64,000 nucleotides of DNA, from the NCBI GenBank assembly GCA_964016885.1, contig OZ024741.1, positions 71,548,001 through 71,612,000 on the forward strand, in the 5' to 3' direction. The notes beneath the pieces were generated by a model. That model saw nothing but the letters and a program-made list of their open reading frames with translations, was not told the DNA's origin and made no database searches. The position numbers were made by a program, and so were the translations under genes. How positions within the stretch are numbered: the stretch's first letter is position 1; each line of letters begins with the position of its first letter. The DNA is from Eledone cirrhosa. Lineage: Eukaryota. Shown piece by piece: positions 1 to 13,080 of this stretch.

Positions 1-310
1 TCATGATTATGTGATGCTGTGATCACGCAACCACCAATGCAACTTCATCAGACAGCATCTCAGGTAATGTTGCTGATACAATACAAGGGAATGAACAAGT
101 TTTATATTTTGTGGGTCTCACTTGCCTTATACTATGCCTCTGTGCTACAATTACAATAGGGTAAAACTGACCAATTTTTCTCGTTAAATTAAGCTATTTG
201 TTTATCCTGGCTGATTGATATATATATATATAAACAAAGAGGGTGTGATAAGGTACCAGGTGGACCATAACGCACCAGAGTACTCAATACTTAGGGTAGT
301 AGAGTGGATA

Positions 311-435
311 ATAGGAAAAAAGTCAGGACCCTGACAGCTGAGCTCCGGCCATTTTAACACCAGTGGTGGCTTAGTTCGGATCTAGCTGTTGAAACAGCTG
401 GAGCTCAGCCGTTGGGGTTCTGACTTTTTTCCTAT
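311..435. repeat. Short imperfect inverted repeat (fold-back), possibly paired PLE termini or a MITE
   Basis: ATAGGAAAAAAGTCAGGACCCTGACAGCTGAGCTCC (311-346) is the imperfect reverse complement of 400-435. Confidence 0.65.
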
Positions 436-446
436 ATATATATATA

Positions 447-911
447 TGTAACGAAGGGTATTAGTAGTGGTTGTTAGATGTGAATAAATATGGTTGTTAG
501 ATGAAATAGAATAGCTGATTTACTTTATATATAAAAAGGTTTACTTCACTTCAGTCAAAAAGAACAATAAACAAGTTACCACCAGTTGCGAAGGTTGACG
601 ATGTTATTTTGTTGTTGATTCATAAGGCTGGTGTAGTCTGCGACCAGGAGAGAGAGAGAGAGTAATGGTCTGTAGATCTCTGCAGCCTGTAGTAGACGGT
701 GAATCTTTACATAGCTTGTAATATAGAGTACGGCTCCAATCTCTCTGCGTAAAACATGGGAAAATATAGGCTTTATATACATGTCGCTTTCTGTCTCCCT
801 GCCTCGAGGGATCGCCTACGCATGAACCTGTCCACGCCGAAAAGGATGGTGACCCAGAATTTGACTTTTAGGTGTCACCCAAGGTTCAAGGCATGGACAG
901 ATTTCGCTATG
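447..911 (-). mobile_element. Probable solo LTR inserted in (TA)n
   Basis: Termini TGTAACGAA...TTCGCTAT resemble the TGTAGCG...CGCTATA ends of the LTR element at 45434. Internal TATA-like GTATATAAAG on the minus strand; flanked by TA repeats. Confidence 0.45.
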
Positions 912-2589
912 TATATATATGTATCATCATCACAGTTTTACATCTGCTTTTCCATCCTTGCATGGGTTGGATGGCTTCTTTCCAGCCCAGCATCTCTCCA
1001 ATCATCTCAGTCCTTCGTCATTACCTCTGTGAGATTCAGTGATTTGAGATCAATTTTGACAACCTCTGCCCAGGTCTTCCTTGGTTTCCCTCTACCAGTG
1101 CTCCCTTCCACTTGGATTTCTTGGCACTTCTTCACCTAACACTCATCATCCATATGCATCACATCGTTATACTAGTGCAGTCTTCTCTCCTGCACATGAC
1201 ATCCAATTCCTCTTATATCCAGTCTCTCTTTCAGCTCATATATATTAACACTGCACATCCATCAAATCAGGGTGGATTGGGTACTTTTTCATTATGTTAC
1301 CTGTACAACCACCTTACAAGGTGGACTGGCCGCTTTTTGTGTCACCAGCATGACCACCTCACAGGATGGACTGGGTGCTTTTTTTACGTGTTCCCAACAC
1401 AACCACCTTATAAACTTCATTTTTGGCTTGGTTTTCAATGGCTGGATGCCTTTCCTAACACCGACCACATTATAGTGTGTACTGGTAGCTTTTTGTCATG
1501 ACACCAGTATGTGTGGTGTCATCATCATCATCTTTGTTTAACGTCCATCTTCCACGCTAGCATGGGTTAGACGGGAGTTGTCCCACTTGAGGCAAGGTTG
1601 GTCGGGTGACCCTGTCTCGCTCATATAGGACTATCTGGCAGGTTTCCAACGACATTTACAGTGTGGAACTGGGAACTTTTTACCGTGTTACCTACACGGC
1701 CACATTACAGCATGGACTGTGTTTTTTTCCTCATGACACCTACATGATGGATGTATATATATATATTTTTTATTTCAGGTCATTATTTGGCACTACTGGT
1801 AACATGCAACCCAGTACAACCTGTTGCATGGTTGAGTCATTAGTGACTAAACTGGCAACCCCACCAAGCCTGCTTAGTGAGGAAGGTGGTTTTGGACACC
1901 TCGCAGAATGAAAACCAAACCCCATCAAAGGGCAGATGAACTCAGGAGAGTCAACGGCCATCCAATAGCATGTACATTTGCATGTGTATATATCTTTTAT
2001 ATATACAAATGTCTTTATATGTGCATACTTTTTTATATGTATATATTTTTTATATTTTTTTATTTTACTATTCCTTTTTTTTAACCTTTTAAAATTCAAA
2101 AAATTGTTTAATGGGATAGAAACCCTGGCCTATGAATATGGAAATAAGTCAGTGAACTGCTGCATCTCATTTATGGCTATGGTGGCCACAGATGGGAATT
2201 GAAGAAAATCCACTGGGAGTGAAGGACCCAAACTGTTGTTTCAGTATCCTTCTAAGAGAGAGTAACTTTGAAATATAAGCTGTAGTTGATGTGATTACTG
2301 GTCATCTGGCTTAGGCTTGTCACCAGACAATAATCTCTGAAATTTAGAGAGTAGTACTTGTGTAATACAAGCGTTTGCCACTATAATCCAATGATGTACA
2401 GATGTCTCTTTTGTGATCTCATCTGTCATTTTATCAGCTGAAAGTCTTATGGTGATGGAGGAGTGGTGACATGTGCAGACCTGACCAGTTGGAAACACAC
2501 AATTACAAATCTGCACAAAGGTCGCAGGGGTTTTATCATAACATTAATGTTGTGTATTTCTGTGATAGGGGCTAACTCCAGTGAAAGCT

Positions 2590-3230
2590 CCTGTGTCTGA
2601 GCTGCCCTATAAGGGAGAGCACTACTCACTAAAATTCCTTGGAAGGTACACTGAACATTGCCTGTCACATCAACTCTGGGTAGTTTACTGAGACTATCGG
2701 TCATTCATTCAAGCAGGAAAAGAAAAAAAAATGAAAGACACAATAAAGCATCTATAAAAAATCGAGTTAAACTCAATATTTGCTGCTGGAATGTTAAAAC
2801 CCTTTTGGACCAAAATTCACCAAACTGGCCAGAAAGAAGAACTGCACTGGTAACAAAAGAACTAACTCTAAAGACTAAATATAGACATTGCAGCCTAGTC
2901 AGAAGCATGTCTCTCAGGGTCTGATCAGCTGACTGAAGCATCACCAGGTTTCATACTTTTCTGGACAGGGAAACCAAAAGGAAAATGGTGGTACATGTTT
3001 TGCAGTTTGAAATACTCTAGTACAATGTTTAGTCTCCCTCTAGAATCAGAGATTGAATAATGAAGCTGAGCATTCCACTTGCATGTGGGTGATGTGCTAC
3101 AATTTTGTTAGTTTATGCTCCAACTCTTCAGGCCAGTGAAGAAAGTATTATGACGTTCTATGAATCCCTTCATATTGCAATTACATCTACTCCAGTTGAT
3201 GAAAAAGTGTAGCTTTATGAGACTTTCTTC
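2590..3230 (+). mobile_element. Degenerate RTE LINE 5' part (AP endonuclease)
   Basis: LNICCWNVKTLLD..PERRTALVTKEL and downstream VYAPT, typical of RTE/BovB APE; frameshifted. Confidence 0.75.
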
Positions 3231-4214
3231 CATATTTTGCTTGTAGCTTCCAATGTCACTATTATTTATCTAAACATTTAAAATTTTTCTGTTAATGATG
3301 GATCTAAGTCAAGTCAAATTTTGTTATATATATGATGTAAAAACGATGATGATGATGATATATTCTCATTTTAAAATGATTAAAAGCACCATTAAAAGTA
3401 CTTAATGCATGAGTGGATATATATTCATTTATTAATGTTTCTTACATGACTAGCTCTGTTTCCTTCTCTATGAATTATTCCTAGAGATGATTTCTCAGAG
3501 AAGGGAACAGTCTTATAAGAGTCATTAACTTAATAATTGGGAAAAAATGGTATTTATATATATCTATGTATTGAAATGGTTCCAATTGAAAATATGTAAA
3601 CCAAGCTTGTTTATTTTCAGCCTGTCTGTTTAATTGTTGTTGTTTTATCCTGCCATCTGTATTCATCTCATCTGTCTATGAAAATATATGAAATACAAAA
3701 TTTAAGTCATGTTGGTATTTTTCAGAAAATAGAAAATCATGGTGTGGGAGTCATTTTACAATTTCAGTAACTATTCACTTTACCCCCTTGTCTTCTCTCT
3801 CTCCCCTTTTCCTCTTATTGGTGGTGGTGAGGAGAGAACCATCATAATTTCATCTCTTCTTCTGTGTTAACTGTCACAGTCAACTACTGTTGTGGAGCCA
3901 TATAGCATATAGAAATATGTGGACCCATCCAACCCCTGCTAGCAAGGAAAGCAGACATTAACCCTTTAATGTTCAAACCGGCCAGAATTCTCTACCTTTT
4001 TCTGTTGAAACTGGCTGTAACTGGTCACTCAAACTGATGTTAAGGTATTGTTCTCAAAATAAACACTTTCAAAATCTCATAGATTCGATATTATGTGAGA
4101 TAAAGCATTTACCATGAAAATATAATAGTATATATAGAGTAATGTGAATGCTAAAGAGTTAAATGATGATGATACACACACACACACATATTTCATAATT
4201 TCTTTTTTTTTTTC

Positions 4215-4540
4215 ATCATTTTACGTCCGCTTTTCCCTGCTTGCAAGGGTGGGACGGGAACTGATTCTGGCTTGATTTCTACAGCTGGATGCCCTTCCCA
4301 ACACCAACCTCATTTACAGTGAGTGCTGGGTGCTTTTTTTCCATGGTGCCTACACGTCCAACTTTACAGTGTGAGCTGGGTGCTTTTTTACCGTCGCACT
4401 GCCAGGACCACTTTACAGTGGAATGATAGGGACCCCAGTCCCTATCATCTAATTTCTACAGCTGAGTAACTGGAGCAATGTGAAATAAAGTGTCTTGCTC
4501 AAGGAAACAACACATCACCCGGTCTGAGAATTGAGTGATG
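4215..4540 (-). mobile_element. SINE with RTE-derived 3' tail and (GAT)n end
   Basis: Near-identical copies at 39210-39512 (+) and 51070-51300 (-). Contains CTTGAGCAAGACACTTT core and the tail AGGGCATCCAGCTGTAGAAA...GGACGTAAAATGATG shared with RTE copies. Confidence 0.7.
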
Positions 4541-4603
4541 TGTTGTTTCCTTGAGCACATATGTGTGTATGTATATATATATATATATACATACATACAC
4601 ACA

Positions 4604-5476
4604 TCATCATCATCATTTTACGTCCGCTTTTCCCTGCTTGCAAGGGTGGGGAGGGTCTTATTCAGCACAGCATCTCTCCACTCGTCACGGTCCCTCGTCA
4701 TCTCCACCATGAGCTTCAATGATCTGAGGTCTATTCTCACCACCTCCACCCATGTTTTTCGTGGTCTACCTCTACCACGTCTTCCTTCAACTGGCATTTC
4801 CTGGCACTTCTTCACCCATCGGTCATCCTCCATGCGCATCACATGTCCATACCACCTCAGTCTCCTCTCCCGTACACTACATTCTATCCCTCTCAGACAC
4901 AGTTTCTCTCTCAACACATTTATGCTGCGTCGTTCACGCACATTTATACTGCACATTCAACGGAGCATGCTTGCCTCATTTCTCTCCAGCCGTCGCATAT
5001 CCTCTGCAGTTGCTGCCCATGCAGCATCGCACTCCTCACACAGGCATCATACAACTGGCCTTTCGTACGCAGGGAGAAACCCTTCTTCGTCAACAGAAGA
5101 AGCAGCTCCCTAAACTTCTTCCAACCCGTCCTTATTCTAGATACTATGGCCTCAGAACACCCTCCTCCCATGCTAATCTGATCTTCTAGGTACCGGAAGC
5201 TATCCACCACTTCTATAGCGCCCTCCTGCATTTGAAAAATGTGTCTATCAATGCGACTTCTACTGTCTAATTTCCCTGTACATCTACTGCATACATATTT
5301 CTCCCTACCTGTTAGTTTGCCTGCTATCCCGCTACATCTCTTGTGTACCCAGGATCTGCATTGTGTGCATTTTATAGAATTTATGCCAGTTCCTTTTCTG
5401 CATATCGAACATGGCCATTTCCCTGACGGAATCAGGGTTTTGTCCTCTTTTCTACTCATCAACACTTTTGTCTTAG
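4604..5476 (-). mobile_element. RTE LINE 3' fragment (PHD finger, RT thumb, C-terminus)
   Basis: KTKVL..WPCSICRKG..CTQC..WVHKRC..CSRC, FRYL, RRLRWYGHVMR, GRPRKTW; (GAT)n tail. Confidence 0.88.
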
Positions 5477-5764
5477 TTATATATATATATATAGAGAGAG
5501 AGATACATACATACACACACATATATGTATATACATATATATATATATATATACATACATATATATTGTTGCCTCTCTCTGTCTGATTTTATCACATTGT
5601 CTATGCTTCCTGTACAAAGCATTTTCAAAATCGAATTAATAGTTTCCATTCCGAAAAAACGGATTACTTCCATCTATCATAGAGTGCTGATCAGGCCATC
5701 CTGGATTTGTCAGGTCATGTTGCTTTCAGATAGTGCTGATGAAAATGAATTCCTAATATCTGGC

Positions 5765-6115
5765 TTTTGTAGATATGGAGAAGGCCTTTGAGAGGGTCTC
5801 ATGCTCTATAATCTCATGGGCACTTAGGAACCTAAGTTTAGATGAATGGCTTGTGAGGGTTGTGCAGGCTATGTATAAAGAAGAGTTGGCAATGAATTAG
5901 AAGTGCAGGTAGCGGTCCACCAGGGCTCAGTCCTCAGTCCACTCCAGTTTATCAGTCCTTCAGGCCATCACTGAGGAGTTTAAAACTAGCACTCCATGGG
6001 AGCTCTTATATGCTGATGACCTAATCCTCATAGCTGAATCCATAACAGAGATAGAGACAAAATTTCAAACATGGAAGAACCTAGAGTTAAAAGGCCTAAA
6101 AGTAAACTTAGCAAA
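5765..6115 (+). mobile_element. RTE LINE RT fragment
   Basis: Degenerate DMEKAF, VHQGSVLSP and WELLYADDL. Confidence 0.75.
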
Positions 6116-6869
6116 GTCTACTACTAACCCCTCTAAAACCCTTAGATACCCTCACTATTGCACCCGAGTAGTTCCTCTCTACTCCTTGTGCATACTCCTA
6201 CTACCACCTCTTAGTTATTTCTCCATCCACCCACACATACATCATTATATTCCCTCTCCCCATACACTATCAGCCACTCCTACTCCTTACACTCATCACC
6301 CTGCCAAATCCCCACACACACCGATAACTTCATACCTATCTCCATCCCCAATTGTTAGCTCTTTGATCAGAGAGGGCTCTTCAGTTGGGGCTATGACCAA
6401 CAACCTCTTTAGTGATGGTGTGAAAATCCAGTACCCACCTCTGCAGATCACAGGGGTAGCGTCAGGTACCCGGAGGATGGCAGATTTTCACATGGAGTGA
6501 AGTGATGAGGTGATTTTTGGTGTCAGGCTGGTAGTATAAAGGCCATGGGGTCTGAGGGCTTTGACAGAAGTAGCCGGGAACTGTGATGACAGGAGCAGTA
6601 TCGTGGACTTTTCTTTTTCTCTTTGATCAACAATAGACAGAGGTTTTTTTACTCTGTGTGTAGGGGACACATGGGGATATTTTCTGGTGATAGGGTAAAA
6701 TTTGGACTGGGCACTTAAGGACCACAGATATAAAGACAATGCATACAAATGGGAGTTGTTCTTGACTCTAATCTCAACTGGTGAAAATAATAGACATACT
6801 TAGCATGATTTTCTTAGCAAAACATATTCATAGGAGATTCCATGCGTTAGATCCCACTGTGTATATATA

Positions 6870-7032
6870 TACACGTAAAATTCCGTTATAACTAATTTTT
6901 CACTATAACAAAAACTTTTTCTACCCCCAGCCACACGCTCGATGTGTACCGATCGATCTCGTTATAAAGAATTTTCCGTTACAAGTTTTTTTTTATACGC
7001 CATGAATTTTGTTATAACAGAATTTCACTGTA
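6870..7032. mobile_element. Tigger/pogo-like MITE
   Basis: Imperfect TIRs TACACGTAAAATTCCGTTATAAC / GTTATAACAGAATTTCACTGTA flanked by TA. Confidence 0.6.
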
Positions 7033-8499
7033 TATATGTATATATATTTGTTCACAACCACCCCCAACAACAGAATAATAGAGAATGAATACAACAAACC
7101 CAAACCACTCAAAACTCACCATACAACTATAATTACTCAGCCACAAAATACAACTTTTAACACAATAAAACAACATTCACAAGCAAATTAACCACCAACT
7201 ATTTCATGTCTAATCAACAAAATCTGAAACCCATAACCAAGAAATAAATCTAAATCAAATTTAAACACCTCAAAGAAAGATGATAATGTAAAATAAACCA
7301 GCCCACTATACTCATACTATGAGGACAAACTTCATCTGGCCACAACTTTCTCTATGTGTATTTGTATGCAGAATATACTCCTAAGGTACTTTCCATCAAT
7401 CTTCTTGTATCAATGTTAATAATGATTTCTAGCATAGGAACTAAGATCTCAACACAAATCTTGGAAGATGAGGTTCTAGCAGATTGTATCAATTCCATTA
7501 CTTGATTAGAACTTACTTTATTAACAGACTTAAAAGATGGAACATAAAGGGCGTAGAATATAAATAGGAATGAGACTTTTTCCTCCATCAGCTCTGACAA
7601 TGAGTTATCCAGTTGTTCGATTGACAGAACACCATGCTCATGAAATTAACGTGTAAGTGGCCGAGCATTCCACAGATACATGTAATCTTAATGTGATTCT
7701 CAACGAGATTCAGCATGACACAGTGTGACAATACTGGCCCTTTGGATTACAAGTACAGTCCATCCAATGGGCTTTCAGTTTCTGTCTCAGCAAATTTCAC
7801 ATTCAAGACATGGGTCAACCCAAGGTAATGGTATATAACACTTGTTCAAGATTTCACAAAGTGGGATTGAACCTCATCATTGTAAAGCGAACTTCTTAAC
7901 TGTTTGTCCATACTGTATCCACTATTTTCTTAGTATGAATATTGATTTCTAATTTAGGCACAAGACCAGGAAATTTTGGGAAAGGACAAAGTTGATTAAA
8001 TCAACTTCAGTACTTAACTGATACTTTAGTTTATTGCCCCCTGAATGATGAAAAACACAGTTGACCTTAATGGGATTTAAACTCAGAATGTAAAGATCCA
8101 CGGATGTTATGAAAGTACAGTAACCAGAGTAAGAACGGGATGGAAGAAGTTCAGGGAGCTACTACCACTGCTAGCTGCGAAAGGCTTTTCCTTCAAAATG
8201 AAAGGCAGACTGTATGATGCGTGCATATGAACAGCAATGTTACATGGTAGTGAGATCTGGGCGCTGTGTGTAGAAGACTTGCGTAGATTACAAAGAAACG
8301 AAGCTTGCATGCTCCCATGGATGATGATTCTGCTAATTCTACAAATCCACCACCCTGTTATTATAAATATTCAGAGTGTAGAAGATACATTGGACAACAT
8401 TCATATTTATTTACTTTCAAACTAATTAATTGAAGTAAAGTATCAGTGACTTGGTATACAACAAAAGGGTATGACACTTAATGCTAGATATTATTGCGG

Positions 8500-8873
8500 T
8501 GAATTGGAAGTATCGGTAGAGGGTCGAACGCCATGCTTTGACGCATAGAGTTATGGCCCTTGCCATTCTGAGTTCAAATCCCGCTGAGGTTAACTTTGCC
8601 TGTCATCCTTATGGGGGTCGATAAAATAAAGTACCAGTAATGCACTGGGTAATTGCTGGCCTTGTGCCAAAAGTAGAAACAATTATCATGGGATTGGCAG
8701 TATCGGTAGAGCGTCGAACATGCTTTGCAGCATAGTTACGGCCCTTTACGGTTTGAGTTCAAGTCCCGCCGAGGTTAATTTTGCCTTTCATCCTTACGGG
8801 GTCGATAAAATAAAGTACCAGTAATGCACTGGAATAATTACTGGCCTTGTGCCAAAAGTAGAAACAATTATCA
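8500..8873 (+). mobile_element. Two tandem tRNA-derived SINEs with Nin/Deu-like central domain
   Basis: A-box-like TGGCAGTATCGG, B-box GAGTTCAAATCC, central GCCTTTCATCCTTACGGGGTCGATAAAAT and tail GGCCTTGTGCCAAAAGTAGAAACAATTAT. Other copies at about 10966-11152 (-), 26457-26645 (-), 29428-29614 (+), 30725-31038 (+, tandem) and 55557-55740 (+). Confidence 0.8.
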
Positions 8874-10417
8874 TAAACCATCGAATCTGTCTGTTTTTCC
8901 CATCGTATTCTCACTTTCTTTCTTTTGGCTCTTCTGCCAATGCTTTCTCTTTTATTCACACTTATTACTTTAAATGAACAGAGACAACATAAGGTAATAA
9001 GAGCTCTTATATTTTGTGGGATGCAAGGCAGCCTCCATAGTGCAAGAGCCATGATCAGATACACCCTGTATATATATAAAGAGGAGACTTCAAATTTTGG
9101 GGAAAGAGAAAGTCGATTATATCGACCGGAGTACTTGATAGGAACTCTATTTTATCAACCCTGGAAGGATGAAAGGTTAAGTTAATCTCATTTGAACTCC
9201 ACATGGACAGAGATAGAAAAAATACCGCAATGGCATTTTATCTACCAATTCTGCCAATCCATAAGCCTCAACTGTAAATAATATTAAGGACTAAGCGATC
9301 CACAGTGGAAGGAACCATTTGCAATGGGTGGTAGTTTATTATATCAACTTCAGTACTTTATTTTATCTTTTTTTTTTTCGGTTTACAATCACAGGTATTT
9401 TATTGGTCCCTTATAACTTTATTTATAAATAACATTACAAATCGTTTGCAATTCTTTCAGAATGAAAATATAAACAGAGCATATAAATAAATTTACAGTG
9501 CAATAACATAACAAATATACCCCGGAAAGCAAGGATGAAATGTGAAAGATCGTTATCAGTTAAAGGGACATGACTCTGCACTACTGTACATTGTGTATTA
9601 AATAATTAATTTTACTTTGTTGAATATTTTCGCTCTTTAAATCATTAATTTAAAATGTTGTAAGAATGATAGCTTGTCAGCTGGTTCAAAAGATATATAT
9701 ACATTTTTTTAGACAATGAAAATAGTTGGGTATATAAAGTCCTTAGAGACGGGAAAACTGTACAGTCTCACATGAGGGAAACGAACTCACACCTATTTAT
9801 TAATTGATAATAAATATAAAATTTTAAAAGGAACGAAACAGATCATCAGATTAGACAAAGAAAACTGTTTCCATTGGTTTCTCTGTTGCCGATATCCTCT
9901 GCCGGTCACATCACTTGGCAGAAAAATTAAAAGACAATCAAATAATTATTTACAGAGAATAAAACCAAAAAGTAATGGAATTGTATACCACTCGTAAATA
10001 AGCGATGAGAATTCGCAAAAACCAGTCCCAACAGTGACAAAAATCTTCGTTGTTAGCGGCCCATGTCGTCAGAGCGTCTCGAATTGCTTATGTGATCTTT
10101 AACAATTACCAAATCAGTATCAAGTGTTGTTCTTGGTGAGGGCGCTTGGCTATTCCAGCGCCTTAGTTTCGCTATCACAATCGAAATACCAACATTCTCT
10201 GTGTAACTGAGTGCGTACGTTTTATCTCATTGATAAATAAATGACAAAAAAAATCTCTAATTATGATTATTCGATAATGAAATTAATAAACGCTGGGACA
10301 ATCTGTGTTAGAGAAATTATCAAAACATTTCATGAAAATATTAAGATCGTGAAGTATATGTGAAAAAAGTGCGAGTACACGTGGTATTTCATCAGATTTT
10401 CAGAAGTTGCGGTGCCA

Positions 10418-10426
10418 ACTTCCGGT
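10418..10426. promoter_or_regulatory. ETS/GABP-type motif (ACTTCCGGT) in the putative QARS promoter or 5' UTR
   Basis: Exact CCGGAAGT on the minus strand about 30 nt upstream of the QARS ATG, in unique, relatively CpG-retaining sequence; typical of housekeeping promoters. Confidence 0.45.
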
Positions 10427-10455
10427 CGGTCTTCCATAACAAATTGTTTTTAATC

Positions 10456-10806
10456 ATGGCTTCGGACGAGTTGCATTCTCTCTTCACTAGCATCGGACTT
10501 AGTGAACAGAAAGCAAAAGAGACTTGTAAAAATGCTGCTCTATCAAATACTCTCCGGCACTGTATAGAAAACATCCAGAAATTCGTGGGCAATGCTTCGA
10601 TCGACAAAGATGTTGGCAAACTACTCTACAACTTGTCAACCAAGTTAAAATCCCAAATTTATGGCCGAATTCCTTTGTTGGTTGAATACATCGGAAAAAA
10701 CAAGATAACTACGGACCTTCAACTCGACTCTGCTATGTCGTATCTTCTCTCGAACCCTTCAGATTCTGTTGACATCAAAATGTTTGAAGAGTCGTGTGGT
10801 GTTGGT
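10456..10806 (+). CDS. QARS: Glutaminyl-tRNA synthetase, coding exon 1 (N-terminal appended domain, 117 aa)
   Basis: ATG at 10456 gives MASDELHSLFTSIGLSEQKAKET...FEESCGVG, matching the eukaryotic GlnRS N-terminus. Canonical GTAAGT donor at 10807, phase 0. Confidence 0.93.
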
Positions 10807-12524
10807 GTAAGTATATACTTTTAGCTATTGTGCCGGTCGTGTCTGTTTCCTATTTTAACACGAAACGATTCGGAGTAAAGTGAACAAATCGAAGTGGTAA
10901 CTTGTTTCTGTTCATGCTACAAAATATATATCTCTTAAAATTCAATAACCCACTATGAGAGGAAATAATTGTTTCTTCTTTTGGCACAAGGCCAGCAATT
11001 AACCCAGTGTATTGCTAGTGCTTTATTTTATCGACCTCATAAGGATGAAAGGCAAAGTTTACCTCGGCGGGATTTGAACTCAGACCGTAAAGAGGCGTAA
11101 CTCTACGCTGCAACGCATGGCGTCCGACCCTCTACCCGGTACTGCCAATCCACCGTGTTATGAAAGGAAATAATGCAAAAGCGTTGTTCCATCCGTGACC
11201 ATCCAACAACCAGGCATGGTTGACTTAAATTACAATTTTAAGCCACAAGTGATATTTCATTACGTCGCTTTGTTATTGTTTAGCCCCAAGTTAACTATAA
11301 CTGACCTATGAGCACACCTTTTATCCAGCCGTGATCATCTCGTCTTTTTTTGTATATTCGGTGTGTTCTGCTTTTTTAATGTGGTCAGGAGTGATATGAA
11401 GTAGATTTGGCTGTTTTTTCTAGCAGGACATCGACAACGTACTGATTCGCGCGTAGTTTTATGTTCTGTGTTCAATGTCTTAGTTGACTTTGTTTTACAT
11501 CCTGCCGTAGGTTTATAAAATATATACCAGTCATAAACTATGTCGGTAATCGACTCTGCCTCCTCATTTCTCATATATAAAGTGGTGGAGGCTAGAGCGT
11601 CGAACTAAATGCCTAACTGTTTAGTTTCGTCGCTTTACGTTCAAATATGATTATATATTTATTAACGGGGAATTGCAGTATATATAGGCCTGGTCGGAAC
11701 TCCGACGGTGAGTGCTCCAGTTGCTTCAATCAACGGAACTGCCTGCTCGTGAAATTAACGAGTGTTCCACAGATACGTGCACCCTTAATGTAGTTCTCAG
11801 GAAAATTCGACGTGACACAGTGTGAAAATGCTGGTTCTTAGAAATTCAGGTACAATTTATTTTTGCCAGCTGCTTGAACGGGAAATAGTGTCTTGCTCAA
11901 GGACACAACTCGCCGCACAGGACGGAATCGAACTGACGGCCTCATTATAACGAATCCAACACACGCTTCATTGTATATATATTATATCCTTTGCCACAAC
12001 TGGCGAATATTGGTACCGAAAATTGACTAATATAAATGCTGAACTCTAATCTAGTATATCCAATACGTTCAGTAACTGAAATATTTAAGGACTGGAAATA
12101 TTTCTCTTTTAAATTTTTTTTATCTTCACATTTACACAATGAAAGTATTTACAAAGCATTTCAATAATAAATGTATTTTATTTTTATTTACATTCTCATA
12201 ATGAAACTATTTATTATCTCGATTATATCTTTGGTAGCCTTCCATACTTACGAATCGTGAACATCAATTTTCGGTATTTGTGCACGTCAGTTGTGGCTAT
12301 CGTTTTTATGTAATTTCGGGGAGATTTGGTTGCTATTTGCAACAGGTCATATGACCACCATTGTTAATACGAAACATTTTCTAACAAATCGTACAGAAAA
12401 ATATGATTTCATATTATGTATTCTCATCTATTGTACTTTGGATAGAAGAAATGCCACATCATAAAAACAATTGAAACATTGCGCTTTTCTGCTTTTTCTT
12501 TCCGAGAGGGTCTTGAGGGCAGAG

Positions 12525-13080
12525 TCCTCAAACACCCCTCCAGCGGGTCCTGTTAAAAGCAACTGTCTCCAACTGATCCGACTGGATTCCCAAGCGAGAC
12601 TAGCCCTGGGACATTCTAACCACGGGCCCATAACATTGGAGCTGCGATCTCTCGTTTCGGCGCTTATATTAGCGATCGTATTCTTTCGGTCATTACCCAA
12701 AATTCACGACCATTGGTTGGTGTGAATACTGAATTGAAGATAGCAAGTTTAGCTTTAAACCTACCTCCCTTCTGATTACCAAATGCTAGAGCTGGCACAT
12801 TACTGTACCAGCTCTTGCACTTAATTTAGCCTTCTGCTTTCCATCACTCGTGAACACGGCCCCAAGATACTCGAACTTCTCAACCTGCTTCTGTGGAACT
12901 CCATTCACATGTAGTGCACTGCGCAGGCTTCCTTGAAAGGATGAGTGTCTCAGTTTTTGCAGCACTCATTTTCATTCCAGCCATGCAGCACTCGGCATCA
13001 AAGCTATCAAATGCAAGTCAGAAATCACCCTCTGTCGCCTGCAAACTCAAGCCGACTGGTTTTACACACACCAATCATGA
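12525..13080 (-). mobile_element. RTE LINE 3' fragment (second RTE family)
   Basis: Homologous to the 3' part of 35640-37050 (FEYLG-like thumb, LQCYG-like C-terminus, LLxQLLL..PA..G end), with internal deletion. Confidence 0.55.

Noticed and set aside
7352-7620. Host coding exon on the minus strand
   Set aside because: Resembles a decayed L2/CR1 pre-RT segment (VMELIQSARTSS..ILVPMLEIIIN) and lacks convincing splice sites.
8500-8873. tRNA genes suggested by A/B boxes
   Set aside because: No cloverleaf; multi-copy with shared body and tail, so SINE heads.
10360-10455. N-terminal extension of QARS from the ORF-track GTG start
   Set aside because: Homology begins at ATG 10456; the upstream part overlaps promoter/UTR motifs and the GTG start reflects prokaryote-style ORF calling.
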